DNA of 64,000 nt from an uncultured Pseudomonadota bacterium (GTDB lineage: Bacteria; Pseudomonadota; Gammaproteobacteria; Xanthomonadales; Rhodanobacteraceae), in NCBI GenBank assembly GCA_963794205.1, contig CAWCCR010000007.1, positions 72,498 through 136,497 on the forward strand. The letters run 5' to 3'. This document shows positions 49,563 through 60,063 of the stretch, one piece after another. How positions within the stretch are numbered: position 1 is the first letter of the stretch; the number at the start of each line of letters is the position of its first letter. The notes beneath the pieces were generated by a model, which was given only the letters and a program-made list of their open reading frames with translations, had not been told where the DNA came from and did no database searches. The position numbers and the translations under genes are program-made.

Positions 49563-50708
49563 ATGCAGATTGAAACCAAGCTGCCCAAGGTGGGCACCAC
49601 CATTTTCACGGTGATGAGCCAGCTGGCGATGGAGCACAAGGCGGTCAATCTCGGGCAGGGCTTTCCCGATTTCGAGGTGCCGACAACGCTGCGCGAAGCG
49701 TTGGCTCGTGCGATGGCCGAGGGCAAGAACCAATACGCACCGATGGCGGGCGTGCTCAGGCTGCGCGAGCAGATCGCGCTGAAGACCGAGCGCCTCTACA
49801 AACGCCGCGTCAGTCCCGATACCGAGATCACGGTCACCTCCGGCGCCACCGAGGCGATTTTCGCCGTGATCGCCGCCAGCGTGCGCACGGGCGACGAGGT
49901 GATCGTGCTGGATCCCTGCTACGACTGTTACGAGCCGGCGATCAATCTGCAAGGCGCGCAAGCGGTGCACATTCCGCTGACGCTGCCGCATTTCGGCGTC
50001 GACTGGCAGCGCGTGCGCGAGGCCGTGACGCCGCGCACGCGCATGATCATGATCAACAGCCCGCACAATCCGTCCGGCGCGGTGCTTGCCGCCGCCGACC
50101 TCGACGCGCTGGCCGCGATCGTGCGCGATACCGGGATCCTGATTCTTTCCGACGAGGTGTACGAGCACATTCTGTTCGACGGCCGTGAGCATCAGAGCGT
50201 GCTGCGACACGCCGAGCTGGTCGAGCGCAGCTTCGTGATCAGCTCGTTCGGCAAGACCTACCACTGCACCGGCTGGAAGGTCGGTTACTGCGTGGCACCC
50301 AAGGCGCTGACCGCCGAATTCCGCAAGGTGCATCAGTATCTGACCTTCTGCACTTTCCATCCGGCGCAATGGGCGTTCGCCGAGATGCTGGAAGCCGAAC
50401 CGCAGCACTATCTCGGATTGCCGGCGTTCTATCAGGGCAAACGCGACCGCTTCCGCGCCATGCTGGCCGGTTCGCGCTTTCAGCTGCTCGACGTTCCCGG
50501 AGGCTACTTCCAGCTGGCCGAGTATGCCGCCATCCGGGATATCGATGACCTCAATTTCTGCGAATGGCTGGTGCGCGAGGCGGGCGTGGCGGCGATCCCC
50601 GTGTCGGCGTTCTACGAGACGCCACCGGATGCGAAGCTGGTGCGATTCTGCTTCGCCAAGACCGACGCCACCTTGCAAAGCGCCGCGGAGCGACTGTGCG
50701 CGCTCTGA
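49563..50708 (+). CDS. ybdL: Methionine aminotransferase (YbdL-like, class I PLP)
   Basis: TTIFTVMS, NLGQGFPDF, SDEVYEH, SSFGKTYH, RFCFAK. Confidence 0.9.
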   Translation: MQIETKLPKVGTTIFTVMSQLAMEHKAVNLGQGFPDFEVPTTLREALARAMAEGKNQYAPMAGVLRLREQIALKTERLYKRRVSPDTEITVTSGATEAIFAVIAASVRTGDEVIVLDPCYDCYEPAINLQGAQAVHIPLTLPHFGVDWQRVREAVTPRTRMIMINSPHNPSGAVLAAADLDALAAIVRDTGILILSDEVYEHILFDGREHQSVLRHAELVERSFVISSFGKTYHCTGWKVGYCVAPKALTAEFRKVHQYLTFCTFHPAQWAFAEMLEAEPQHYLGLPAFYQGKRDRFRAMLAGSRFQLLDVPGGYFQLAEYAAIRDIDDLNFCEWLVREAGVAAIPVSAFYETPPDAKLVRFCFAKTDATLQSAAERLCAL

Positions 50709-51499
50709 CCGTCAGTCTGGTGCAGGGAGCGACGCGCTGGCACGACGCCGCAGGCAATCGCGCCTACTACGGCGATCTGGTGCGCAGCCTCGCCGGCCGC
50801 GGCAGCGATCTGGTCGTGCTGCCGGAAACCTTCCTCTCCGGCTTCACCAACGATGCCCTGCACAACGCCGAGCCCATGGACGGCGAGGTGCTGCCCTGGC
50901 TGCGCGATCTGGCCGCCGCGATCGGTGCGGTGATCACCGGCAGCATCGTCGTGCGCGAGGGCGACCGCCATTTCAACCGTCTGCTGTGGATGCGCCCGGA
51001 CGGGACCTTCGAGGCCTACGACAAGCGCCACCTGTTCCGCATGGCCGACGAGCACACGCGCTATGCCGGCGGCGAGCACCGCCTGATCGTCGAATTGAAC
51101 GGCTGGCGCGTCTGTCCGCTGGTCTGCTATGACCTGCGTTTTCCGGTCTGGATCCGCAACCGCCGCAACACCGAGGCAGCCGGCGGCATGGACTACGACC
51201 TGGTGCTGTTTGTCGCCAACTGGCCGCAACCCCGCCGGCACGCATGGCGCACCCTGCTGCGCGCGCGTGCGATCGAAAACCTCAGCTGCTGCATCGGTGT
51301 CAATCGCGTCGGCCGCGATGGCAATGACCACGTCTATGCCGGCGAAAGCGCCGTGCTGGACATGCTTGGCGAGCCGCTCGTCGAACTGGGCGCCCAGGAG
51401 CAGACGGTCACCGTCACCCTCGATCCGGCGCCGCTGCTGGCGCATCGCCAGCGCTTCCCGGCCTGGATGGACGCCGACGATTTCGAGCTGCGGATCTGA
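50696..51499 (+). CDS. yafV: Omega-amidase (nitrilase superfamily)
   Basis: LPETF, YDKRHLFRM, VCYDLRFP, ARAIEN; paired with ybdL. Confidence 0.9.
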   Translation: MRALTVSLVQGATRWHDAAGNRAYYGDLVRSLAGRGSDLVVLPETFLSGFTNDALHNAEPMDGEVLPWLRDLAAAIGAVITGSIVVREGDRHFNRLLWMRPDGTFEAYDKRHLFRMADEHTRYAGGEHRLIVELNGWRVCPLVCYDLRFPVWIRNRRNTEAAGGMDYDLVLFVANWPQPRRHAWRTLLRARAIENLSCCIGVNRVGRDGNDHVYAGESAVLDMLGEPLVELGAQEQTVTVTLDPAPLLAHRQRFPAWMDADDFELRI

Positions 51500-51504
51500 G
51501 CCGG

Positions 51505-52467
51505 TCAGGACCGGCTGCGCGATTTGCGCGTGGCGGTCGGAGCCGTGGTCTCGGGAAACAGTCCGCAGTCCCAGTAGGGAAAATCGCCGAAGCGTTCGGC
51601 GAGGAAGTCGATCAGCGCGCGGGTCTTGGCGGGCAGCGCACGGCTGGCCGGATACACCGCATAAACAGCCGCGTCGGCTTCGATCTGCCAGTCCGGCAGC
51701 ACGCGCACCAGTTCGCCGCGACGCAGACGCTCGCTGGAAATGAAGCTCGGCTGCAGGGCGATGCCGAGTCCGGCGGTCGCCGCAGCGGCGATCATGTCGC
51801 CGTTATTGGCGCGTAGCGGCCCGCTTGCGACGATGGTCACGCTCTCGCCGGTGCGGGTGAACGTCCACTCGTCACGGCGGCGTGCCAGTGAGTAGCGCAG
51901 GCAGGCGTGACGGGCCAGCTCCAGCGGATGCTGGGGCGTACCCTGCCGCTGCAGGTAGCCCGGCGATGCCACGGCGACCATGCGGCAGGGCGCGATACGC
52001 CGCGCGACCAGGCTGGAATCAGCCAGCCGTCCGATGCGCAGCGCTATGTCCCATCCATCTTCGACCAGATCGACGAGACGGTCATCGAGATCCACCTCCA
52101 GCTCGATCTTCGGGTAGCGCAGGTGAAACTCGGCCAGCGCCGGCCCGAGGTGCAGGATCGAAAACGACATCGGCGCGCTGAGGCGCAATCGGCCGCGCGG
52201 TTCGGACTGATGCTCCGCGGCCTCGGCCTCGGCTTCATTGATCGCCGCCAGCGCTTCGCGCACCCGATCGAGGTAGCGCTGACCGGCCTCGGTCAGGCTG
52301 AGCTTGCGCGTGGTCCGCTGAAGCAGGCGCACGCCCAGGTCGTCCTCGAGTGCGCGGATCAGCTTGCTGGCCTGGGCGCGCGAGATGTCGGCCTGCGTCG
52401 CCGCCGCCGCGAAACTGCCACTTTCGACCACGCGCACGAACAGCTGCATCGCGGCGAGACGGTCCAT
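51505..52467 (-). CDS. LysR-family regulator (CrgA-like)
   Basis: GSFAAAA, LEDDLGVRLLQRTTR, DLVEDGWDIALR. Confidence 0.93.
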   Translation of the reverse strand: MDRLAAMQLFVRVVESGSFAAAATQADISRAQASKLIRALEDDLGVRLLQRTTRKLSLTEAGQRYLDRVREALAAINEAEAEAAEHQSEPRGRLRLSAPMSFSILHLGPALAEFHLRYPKIELEVDLDDRLVDLVEDGWDIALRIGRLADSSLVARRIAPCRMVAVASPGYLQRQGTPQHPLELARHACLRYSLARRRDEWTFTRTGESVTIVASGPLRANNGDMIAAAATAGLGIALQPSFISSERLRRGELVRVLPDWQIEADAAVYAVYPASRALPAKTRALIDFLAERFGDFPYWDCGLFPETTAPTATRKSRSRS

Positions 52468-52478
52468 GGCGACCGCGC

Positions 52479-53852
52479 TCAGCGCGGCCCGCGATTCGGG
52501 CCGCCTGGGCGCCGGTTTGGCCCGGACCCCTTGCCCGGGCGGCCGCCCTGCGGGCGCCCGGCGCCGGTGTGCTGCGCGCCTTCGGGCCGCCCGCCGCCGG
52601 GGCGTGCGCCCGCCGCACGCGGGCCGCCCGGTCGTGCACCCTGCTGGCGTGCGTTGCCCGCGCTGTGCGGCTGAGCCGGCCCCTTGGGCTTGAAACCGCG
52701 GCGCGCGCCGGCAGCTCGCCCGCCGCGATCGTCGCCGGCGAACCAGGTCCGTACCGATGGCAGCTCCTGGCCCGGCGCGAACGAGCGCGGCTTGCGCCCC
52801 TGCTGCGCACGGTCGGGTCGCGCGACATTGCCGTTGACCTCGCGGCCGCTGCCGCCGCCGCGGCGCGGCTTGCCGCCACGACGCGCCGGGCCGTCGTCGC
52901 GAATGCGGTCAAAGGCGGTCAGTTCGCGGGCTTCGCCCTGGTGCACGCCGGTCCATGCCTGCGGAGCGCGCTGCTGCGGACGGAATTCGTTCGGCGCGCG
53001 GGTGCTGCGACGCTGATGCAGGACCGGGCGCAGGGTCAGCGTCGGCTGCGGCGCGCCCAGCCCGGCCTGCACGCGCAACGCGGTGATGGTACCGGCGTCC
53101 AGCGGTTCGCTCAGGCCGCGGCGAAGGGTGCGCGGCAATTCGACCGTGCCGTAACGGATGCGCTTCAGGCGGCTGACCAGAAATCCCTGCGAATCCCAAA
53201 GTCGCCGCACCTCGCGATTGCGGCCTTCGCGGATCACTACGCGGAACCAGCTGTGGCTGCCACCGCGGCTGATCACCGCGATCTCGTCGAGGCGCGCCGG
53301 ACCGTCCTCGAGATCGACGCCTGCCTTGAGGCGCTCGATCACCTCGTCGGGCACCTCGCCATGCACACGGCACAGATACTCGCGCTCGAGCCCGGTTCGC
53401 GGGTGCATCAGGGCGTTGGCCAGCTCGCCGTCGGTGGTCAGCAGCAGCAGGCCGGTGGTGTTGATGTCGAGACGACCGACCGCGATCCAGCGCGCGCCCT
53501 TGAGGCGTGGCAGCTGCTCGAACACGGTCGGGCGGCCTTCGGGATCATCGCGCGTGGTTACCACGCCTTCGGGCTTGTGATAGGCGATCACTTCGGCGGC
53601 GTCGCGGCTGTCGCTGGCGACCACGAATTGGCGGCCATCGAGGTCGACGCGATCGCCGGCGTGAACGCTGGTGCCGATGCCGGCCGGACTGCCGTTGACG
53701 CTGATCTCGCCGGCTTCGATGCGCTGCTCGAGCAGGCGGCGCGAGCCGAGTCCGGCGTTGGCGAGCACCTTGTGCAGGCGCTCTTCGAGTGCGGCGGACT
53801 CGGCGTCGCGCTCGCGCTTGAGGGTGAGCAGGGTACGGGTGGGCGCATTCAT
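52479..53852 (-). CDS. rluB: 23S rRNA pseudouridine synthase B with long basic C-terminal tail
   Basis: ERLHKVLA S4 domain, YHKPEG, VGRLDINT, EGRNREVRRLW. Confidence 0.9.
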   Translation of the reverse strand: MNAPTRTLLTLKRERDAESAALEERLHKVLANAGLGSRRLLEQRIEAGEISVNGSPAGIGTSVHAGDRVDLDGRQFVVASDSRDAAEVIAYHKPEGVVTTRDDPEGRPTVFEQLPRLKGARWIAVGRLDINTTGLLLLTTDGELANALMHPRTGLEREYLCRVHGEVPDEVIERLKAGVDLEDGPARLDEIAVISRGGSHSWFRVVIREGRNREVRRLWDSQGFLVSRLKRIRYGTVELPRTLRRGLSEPLDAGTITALRVQAGLGAPQPTLTLRPVLHQRRSTRAPNEFRPQQRAPQAWTGVHQGEARELTAFDRIRDDGPARRGGKPRRGGGSGREVNGNVARPDRAQQGRKPRSFAPGQELPSVRTWFAGDDRGGRAAGARRGFKPKGPAQPHSAGNARQQGARPGGPRAAGARPGGGRPEGAQHTGAGRPQGGRPGKGSGPNRRPGGPNRGPR

Positions 53853-54535
53853 GCGCGAAACTCCTCGGGTGGTACAGGAGCGGTGCCCTCGGGGGCATCC
53901 GCGGAGGCCTCCGCCTCGACGGCGGTGGCGGGGGAGGGTGCGGCGACGGCGGGGCCGCCATCGGCGTGCGCAGGCGCGGTCTCGAAGTCGAATTGCGGAA
54001 GCATCTCGTCGAGGTCGCGGATGTCGGCCAGAGGCGGCAGCGCGTCCAGCGATCGCAGGTTGAAGTAATCCAGGAAAGTCCTGGTGGTGCCGAACAGTGC
54101 CGGCCGGCCGGGCAGATCGCGATGGCCGACGACGCGGATCCACTCGCGTTCCTCGAGCGTGCGGATGATGTTGCTGGACACCACCACGCCGCGTATCTGC
54201 TCGATCTCGGGGCGCGTGATCGGTTGCCGGTAAGCGATCAGCGCCAGCGTCTCCAGCAGCGCACGCGAATATTTGCTGGGCCGCTCGCTCCACAGTCGGG
54301 CCACCCAGGGGTGGACGTCGGGACGCACCTGGTAGCGAAAGCCCGAAGCGACCTCGACCAGAGCCACGCCTCGATGCTCGGCGTCGATGGCCAGCGCCTC
54401 GACGGCCTGCGCGATGGCGTCGGGGCCAGGCTGCTCGGCATCGTTGAACAGTGCTCCGAGCTGCGGCAGCGAGAGCGGGTGCGGAGAAGCCAGCAGAGCG
54501 GCTTCGAGAATGCGTTTCAGGTCGGCTGTGTCCAT
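53849..54535 (-). CDS. scpB: SMC-Scp complex subunit ScpB
   Basis: LETLALIAYRQPITR, IRGV, PGRPALFGTT. Confidence 0.95.
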   Translation of the reverse strand: MDTADLKRILEAALLASPHPLSLPQLGALFNDAEQPGPDAIAQAVEALAIDAEHRGVALVEVASGFRYQVRPDVHPWVARLWSERPSKYSRALLETLALIAYRQPITRPEIEQIRGVVVSSNIIRTLEEREWIRVVGHRDLPGRPALFGTTRTFLDYFNLRSLDALPPLADIRDLDEMLPQFDFETAPAHADGGPAVAAPSPATAVEAEASADAPEGTAPVPPEEFRA

Positions 54536-54539
54536 GGAC

Positions 54540-55397
54540 TCATTCGGATGCGGCAATGCGCGCCTTGAGGTAGATCGGCGCCAGCGGCGCCTCCTGCACG
54601 ATTTCCACCAACATTTCCTTGGCCAGCTCGAGCATCGCGAGAAAGCTGACCACCACGCCCAGCCGCCCCTCGCTCGGATCGAACAGCATCTGGAATGCAT
54701 GAAAGGCGCCGTCCTGCAGCGACTTGAGCACTTCCCCCATGCGCTGGCGCACCGAGAGCGCGTCGCGGCGCACCGCATGGTGGCCCGACAGTTCGGCACG
54801 GCGCAGCACGTCCCTCAGTGCCAGCAGCAGTTCGCGCAGATCCACTGGCGGCGGCAGACGCACGACCACGCGATCGGTCACCTCGGCCTGCGCCAGCGCG
54901 GTGTCGCGCTCCATCCGCGGCAATGCATCGATATCGGCGGCGGCCTTCTGGAATCGTTCGTACTCCTGCAGCCGGCGTATCAGTTCGGCGCGCGGGTCGT
55001 CCTCGACACCCTCGGCAGCCGGAGGGCGCGGCAGCAGCAGCCGTGACTTGATCTCGGCCAGGATGGCGGCCATGACCAGGTATTCCGCGGCCAGCTCCAG
55101 CCGCATCTCGTGCATCAACCCGATGTAATCCATGTACTGCCGCGTGATCTCGGCGATCGGGATGTCGAGAATGTCCAGATTCTGCCGCCGGATCAGATAC
55201 AGCAGCAGATCCAGCGGCCCCTCGAACGCCTCGAGGATGACCTCGAGCGCATCCGGCGGAATGTAAAGGTCTTGCGGCATCTGCAGCATTGGCATTCCGC
55301 GCACCAAGGCGAGCGGCATTTCCTGTTGCTGCGGTATCGGCCCGAAAACGCCTTGCGGCGCATTAGCCGGGGCGGCCTCGGAAGGCTCGGAATGCAT
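54540..55397 (-). CDS. scpA: Segregation and condensation protein A
   Basis: FEGPLDLLLYLI, IKSRLLLP, FLAMLEL. Confidence 0.95.
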   Translation of the reverse strand: MHSEPSEAAPANAPQGVFGPIPQQQEMPLALVRGMPMLQMPQDLYIPPDALEVILEAFEGPLDLLLYLIRRQNLDILDIPIAEITRQYMDYIGLMHEMRLELAAEYLVMAAILAEIKSRLLLPRPPAAEGVEDDPRAELIRRLQEYERFQKAAADIDALPRMERDTALAQAEVTDRVVVRLPPPVDLRELLLALRDVLRRAELSGHHAVRRDALSVRQRMGEVLKSLQDGAFHAFQMLFDPSEGRLGVVVSFLAMLELAKEMLVEIVQEAPLAPIYLKARIAASE

Positions 55398-55858
55398 AAG
55401 GCACTCGCGTGACGGAAGCCGCGCGCCGCGGCCTGGCTCAGCGTGTCCTGCGAACATTCGGGGCGAAGCGGCCGGCTTGCTGGCGCTGATCCGGCGCCAC
55501 TTGCGATCCCGGTGTGGCCGGGCACGCGCCCTGGCCGCCGCGAGGGTCGTTCAGGACAACGGCATGACACTGAGCGGGCGGCATCTCGCCGACCGCAACC
55601 CCACCCGACAGCCCAAGCCTAAGGCTCCGCGCCACGCCTGTCCAGCGCCGGTGAAGGCCGGTCACGATGGACGCGTTGCGTCAGGGCTTGCCGCGCGGGG
55701 TCGAATCGGCGTTCCATGGCACCGCAAGCAGCGCATTGCGCGGGCCGGGCGAGGCTGCCATTGTCGCTGGCGCGCAATTTGCTTGATCCAGTCCGAGGGC
55801 GCCGCCGCATGATCCGTTTCGGGCGGTGCCGGCAACCACGTCGGATAGGGAGAACACC

Positions 55859-56209
55859 ATGTCCGTACACGGACTGCGTCACGCGCGCAAACAACTCGAC
55901 ACCACGGTGCTGATGAACCGCGGCGGCGAGAGCCTGTCCAGTGAGATTGAGGACATTTCCGCCACCGGGGTGCGGCTGCGGCGACCGCACGGCTGGGACG
56001 GCGAGTCGGGCCAGCTGTGGGTGCTCGACATGCTGTTCGAGGCCGGGTTGCACATCAACGTCGAAGCGACCGTGGCGCGCGTCACCCACGATCACGTGTG
56101 TTTTGCCTACGCGCGCATCCCCGAGGACAAGCAGGTGCCGCTGTGGAACCTGCTTGGCGGCCACGCCGATCGGCTCGAACCCTGGGACGACATGGCGCTG
56201 AGCGCCTGA
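55859..56209 (+). CDS. Stand-alone PilZ-domain protein
   Basis: RHAR...DISATG (D/N-x-S-x-x-G) motifs; ~116 aa; RBS GGAGA. Confidence 0.75.
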   Translation: MSVHGLRHARKQLDTTVLMNRGGESLSSEIEDISATGVRLRRPHGWDGESGQLWVLDMLFEAGLHINVEATVARVTHDHVCFAYARIPEDKQVPLWNLLGGHADRLEPWDDMALSA

Positions 56210-56221
56210 TTCCGCACGTGT

Positions 56222-57898
56222 TCAGTGCGCCGCCGACTCGCGCAGTTCACGGCGCAGGATCTTGCCGACGTTGCTCTTCGGCAGGCTGTCGCGGAACTCG
56301 ATGGTCTTCGGCCGCTTGTAGCCGGTCAGATTCTCCTCGCAATGCCGCCGCAACTCGGACTCGGTCAGTCCAGGGTCCTTGCGCACCACGAACAACTTGA
56401 CCGCCTCGCCCGATTTTTCGTCCGGCACTCCAACCGCGGCCACCTCCAGCACGCCCGGATGCAGCGCGACCACGTCCTCGATCTCGTTCGGGTAGACGTT
56501 GAAGCCCGACACCAGGATCATGTCCTTCTTGCGGTCGACGATGAAAAAGTAGCCGCGCTCGTCCATCCGCGCGATGTCTCCCGTGTGCAGCCAGCCGTTG
56601 CCGTCCATGACCTTGGCGGTCTCGTCGGGCCGGTTCCAGTAACCCTTCATCACTTGAGGACCCTTCACGCACAGTTCGCCGACCTGGCCTGCGGGCAGCA
56701 ACTGCCCGGCTTCGTCTTGGATGCAGACTGTGGTCGATGGCACCGGCAGTCCGATCGAGCCGTTGTACTCCTTGAGATCGAGCGGGTTGATGCAGACAGC
56801 CGGCGAGGTCTCGGTCAGACCGTAGGCCTCCGCCAGCGCGCAGCCGGTCATCTGCTTCCACTTCTCGGCCACCGCGCGCTGCACCGACATGCCACCGCCG
56901 AGGGTCGTGCGCAGCCGTGAAAAATCCAGTTGCGCGAAGCCCGGCGTGTGGATCAGTCCGTTGAACAGCGTGTTGACGCCGGTGATCGCGGTGAAGCGCG
57001 TCTTGGCCAGCTCCTTGACGAAGCCGGACATGTCGCGCGGGTTGGTGATCAGCACATTGAGGCCGCCCGACTTCACGAAGGTGAAGCAGTTGGCCGTCAG
57101 CGCGAAGATGTGGTACAGCGGCAGCGCGGTGATGATCACCTCTTCGCCCGGACGGATGGCGTCGCCCATCCACAGCGACGCCTGCAGCATGTTGGCGACC
57201 ATGTTGCGATGGGTGAGCATGGCGCCCTTGGCGACGCCGGTGGTGCCGCCGGTGTATTGCAGGAAGGCGATGTCATCGAGGTCCGGCGTCAGCCGCGGCG
57301 CGGGCTGACGCCAGCCGCGCGCCAGCGCGTCGCCGAAGCGCACCGCGCCATCGATGTGATAGGCCGGCACCAGCTTCTTGACATGCCTGACCACCGCGTT
57401 CATCAGCGCGCCCTTGACCGCGCCGAGCATGTCGCCGAGGCCGGTGGTGATGACGTGCTGTACCGGTGTCTCGGGCAGCACCTGCTGCAATACCGAGGCG
57501 AAGTTGTCCAGGACCACGATGGCAGTCGCGCCTGAGTCGCTCAGCTGATGCTTGAGCTCACGCGCGGTGTACATCGGGTTGGTGTTGACGATCGTCAGTC
57601 CCGCGCGCAGGGCGCCGAACAGCGCGATCGGGTACTGCAGCACGTTGGGCAGCATGATCGCTATGCGATCGCCCTTGGCCAGTTTCAATTCGCCGCTCAG
57701 GTACCCGGCAAACTGCCGGCTGAGTCGATCCACCTCGGCATAGTCGAGGATGCGGCCGTAGTTGGCGAATGCCGGGCGATCGCGGAAGCGTTCGAAGGCT
57801 TCGTCGAGCACCGTGTTGATCGAGGAGTAGGCGCCGAGATCGACTTCCTTCGGCACGCCGGCAGGGTAGTGCTCCAGCCACGGACGCTCGATGCTCAT
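56222..57898 (-). CDS. fadD: Long-chain fatty acid-CoA ligase
   Basis: [42 protein letters not shown]. Confidence 0.93.
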   Translation of the reverse strand: MSIERPWLEHYPAGVPKEVDLGAYSSINTVLDEAFERFRDRPAFANYGRILDYAEVDRLSRQFAGYLSGELKLAKGDRIAIMLPNVLQYPIALFGALRAGLTIVNTNPMYTARELKHQLSDSGATAIVVLDNFASVLQQVLPETPVQHVITTGLGDMLGAVKGALMNAVVRHVKKLVPAYHIDGAVRFGDALARGWRQPAPRLTPDLDDIAFLQYTGGTTGVAKGAMLTHRNMVANMLQASLWMGDAIRPGEEVIITALPLYHIFALTANCFTFVKSGGLNVLITNPRDMSGFVKELAKTRFTAITGVNTLFNGLIHTPGFAQLDFSRLRTTLGGGMSVQRAVAEKWKQMTGCALAEAYGLTETSPAVCINPLDLKEYNGSIGLPVPSTTVCIQDEAGQLLPAGQVGELCVKGPQVMKGYWNRPDETAKVMDGNGWLHTGDIARMDERGYFFIVDRKKDMILVSGFNVYPNEIEDVVALHPGVLEVAAVGVPDEKSGEAVKLFVVRKDPGLTESELRRHCEENLTGYKRPKTIEFRDSLPKSNVGKILRRELRESAAH

Positions 57899-58140
57899 GG
57901 GCGCTTGTCCTTCCCTCGATGTGTGGCGCGCGACGGTGATGCAGCGCTCGGACGCATCCGTGATTGGAGCATGGCGACGCAGCGTGCAGCAAGGCGCGCT
58001 TCAAGCTGCACCGCCACTGCCCGTACATGCTGCCGGGCATGACCTATGGCCTAGGCGTGGAACCACCGCGGCGCACCCCGCTCTAACTGCTTCCGGCGCC
58101 CGCTGCGGCGTTGTCCTTTGCGATGCCCAGGAGGGTCTCT

Positions 58141-59688
58141 GTGAAACACACGCTACTTGCTCTGTCGATTGCCGCCTTGCTTGCCACTTCATCCCCGCTT
58201 CTGCATGCCGCGGACTCCGCTGCCGGCAATGCCGCGACACAAAAGGAAACTGCCACGGCGCAGATGCCGAAAGAAGCTTCGGTCGTGACGCACGGCAGCG
58301 TCACCATCAATGGCCAGGACATCCACTACACCGCCACCACCGGCAACTTGCTGATCCGCAATGACAAGGGCGAGCCGGTGGCCAGCATGTTTTACGTGGC
58401 CTACACCCGTGACGGCGAGAAGAACATGGCCACGCGGCCGATCACCTTCCTCTACAACGGCGGGCCAGGCTCGTCGTCGATCTGGCTGCACATGGGCGCG
58501 TTTGGTCCGATGCGCGTGGTGGTCGGCGACGGCGCGGCGACGCCGCCGCCGCCCTACGATCTGGTAGCAAACCACCAAAGCATCCTCGACCGCACGGACC
58601 TGGTCTTCATTGATGCGGTCGGTACCGGCTACAGCCGCATCGTCGGCACCGGCAAGGACAAGGATTTCTGGGGCGTGGACGAGGACGTACGTTCGTTCGG
58701 CGATTTCATCCAGCGCTACATCACCGTCAACAACCGCTGGAACTCGCCGAAGTTCCTCTACGGCGAAAGCTACGGCACTACGCGTTCGGCGGCACTGGCC
58801 GAGTATCTGCAGGAGCACGGCATTGGCCTCAATGGCGTGGTGCTGCAATCGTCGATTCTCAATTACGGCCTGCTGATGCCTGGCCAGGACACCAAGTACG
58901 AGCTGTATCTGCCGACCTATGCGGCGATCGCCTGGTATCACGACAAGCTGCCCGAAAAACCCGCCGATCTGGCGACTTTTCTCGACCAGGTACGCCACTT
59001 CGCCGATACCGACTACGCGCGCGCACTCGCGCAGGGCGAGAATCTGCCGAAAGCCGAGGCGGATGCCATCGCGCAGAAACTGCACGCTTACACCGGCCTG
59101 CCGGTGGATTACATCGAACGCGCCAATCTGCGCATCGAGGCCAGCAACTTCCGCAAGGAACTGATGCTGCCCGAGCGCGAGAGCATCGGACGCTACGATG
59201 GCCGCTACGCCGGGTACAACATCAACTCGATCTCGGCCACTCCGGACTTCGATCCCTCGGACGCGTTCATCACACCGGCCTACACCGCGGCCTTCAACTG
59301 GTATGTCACCAACGTACTCAAGTACAAATCCGACGTGCCCTACGCAGTGATGAACGACAAGATCATCCGCAGCTGGGACTGGAAGCATCGCGTGCCGGGT
59401 GACGGCGGCTGGCCGCTGCCTCTGCCCTACGTGGTCGGCGACCTCGGCGCTGCAATGCGCCAGAACCCGCATCTGCGCGTGTTCTCGGCCAACGGCTACT
59501 TCGATCTGGCCACGCCGTTCCATGCCACCGAGTTCGATCTCGACCACATGATGCTGGAACCTGCACTGCGCAGCCATCTCAGCTTCGGCTACTACCCGTC
59601 CGGACACATGATCTATCTCAATCCGGATGCACTGAAATCCCTGCACAAGGATCTCGAGACGTTTTACGCGAACGCCGTCAGCCACTGA
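58141..59688 (+). CDS. Secreted serine carboxypeptidase (S10 family)
   Basis: Signal peptide, NGGPGSSS, GESYG, GYFDLATP, SGHMIY. Confidence 0.92.
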   Translation: MKHTLLALSIAALLATSSPLLHAADSAAGNAATQKETATAQMPKEASVVTHGSVTINGQDIHYTATTGNLLIRNDKGEPVASMFYVAYTRDGEKNMATRPITFLYNGGPGSSSIWLHMGAFGPMRVVVGDGAATPPPPYDLVANHQSILDRTDLVFIDAVGTGYSRIVGTGKDKDFWGVDEDVRSFGDFIQRYITVNNRWNSPKFLYGESYGTTRSAALAEYLQEHGIGLNGVVLQSSILNYGLLMPGQDTKYELYLPTYAAIAWYHDKLPEKPADLATFLDQVRHFADTDYARALAQGENLPKAEADAIAQKLHAYTGLPVDYIERANLRIEASNFRKELMLPERESIGRYDGRYAGYNINSISATPDFDPSDAFITPAYTAAFNWYVTNVLKYKSDVPYAVMNDKIIRSWDWKHRVPGDGGWPLPLPYVVGDLGAAMRQNPHLRVFSANGYFDLATPFHATEFDLDHMMLEPALRSHLSFGYYPSGHMIYLNPDALKSLHKDLETFYANAVSH

Positions 59689-60063
59689 TACGCACGCAGC
59701 CGAGCGGTGCAAGCCATCGGCTGTGACCCGTGCCTGGAGCTCCTGACCACCCGCATCGCCTCTGCGGCGATGCGGGTTCCTCGCGCCAGGATGTCAACCG
59801 CAGCGCCCGGTGCCCGTTATCCCCGGTATGCGCGCAACCCGGTTCGCCAGCGTCATCCCGCCATCCGCTCCGACTGCATCGGCGTGTCATGTCCGCCGGG
59901 GTGTCCGCCCGCACCCCGATGCCGCCGATTACCAAGCGTTACATCTCGCAAAATTCGTGCCCGGCGCGTGCGCGCCCGCATGCCTATAGTCCTTTCGTCA
60001 GCGAATGCATCGGTCCAGCGGATGCGTCCGCAACCTTGATCACGTCCCGCGAGCAGCGCCCTG

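Noticed and set aside
52479-53000. Long Arg/Gly/Pro-rich C-terminal tail of RluB
   Set aside because: Disordered basic tails are common in RluB proteins.
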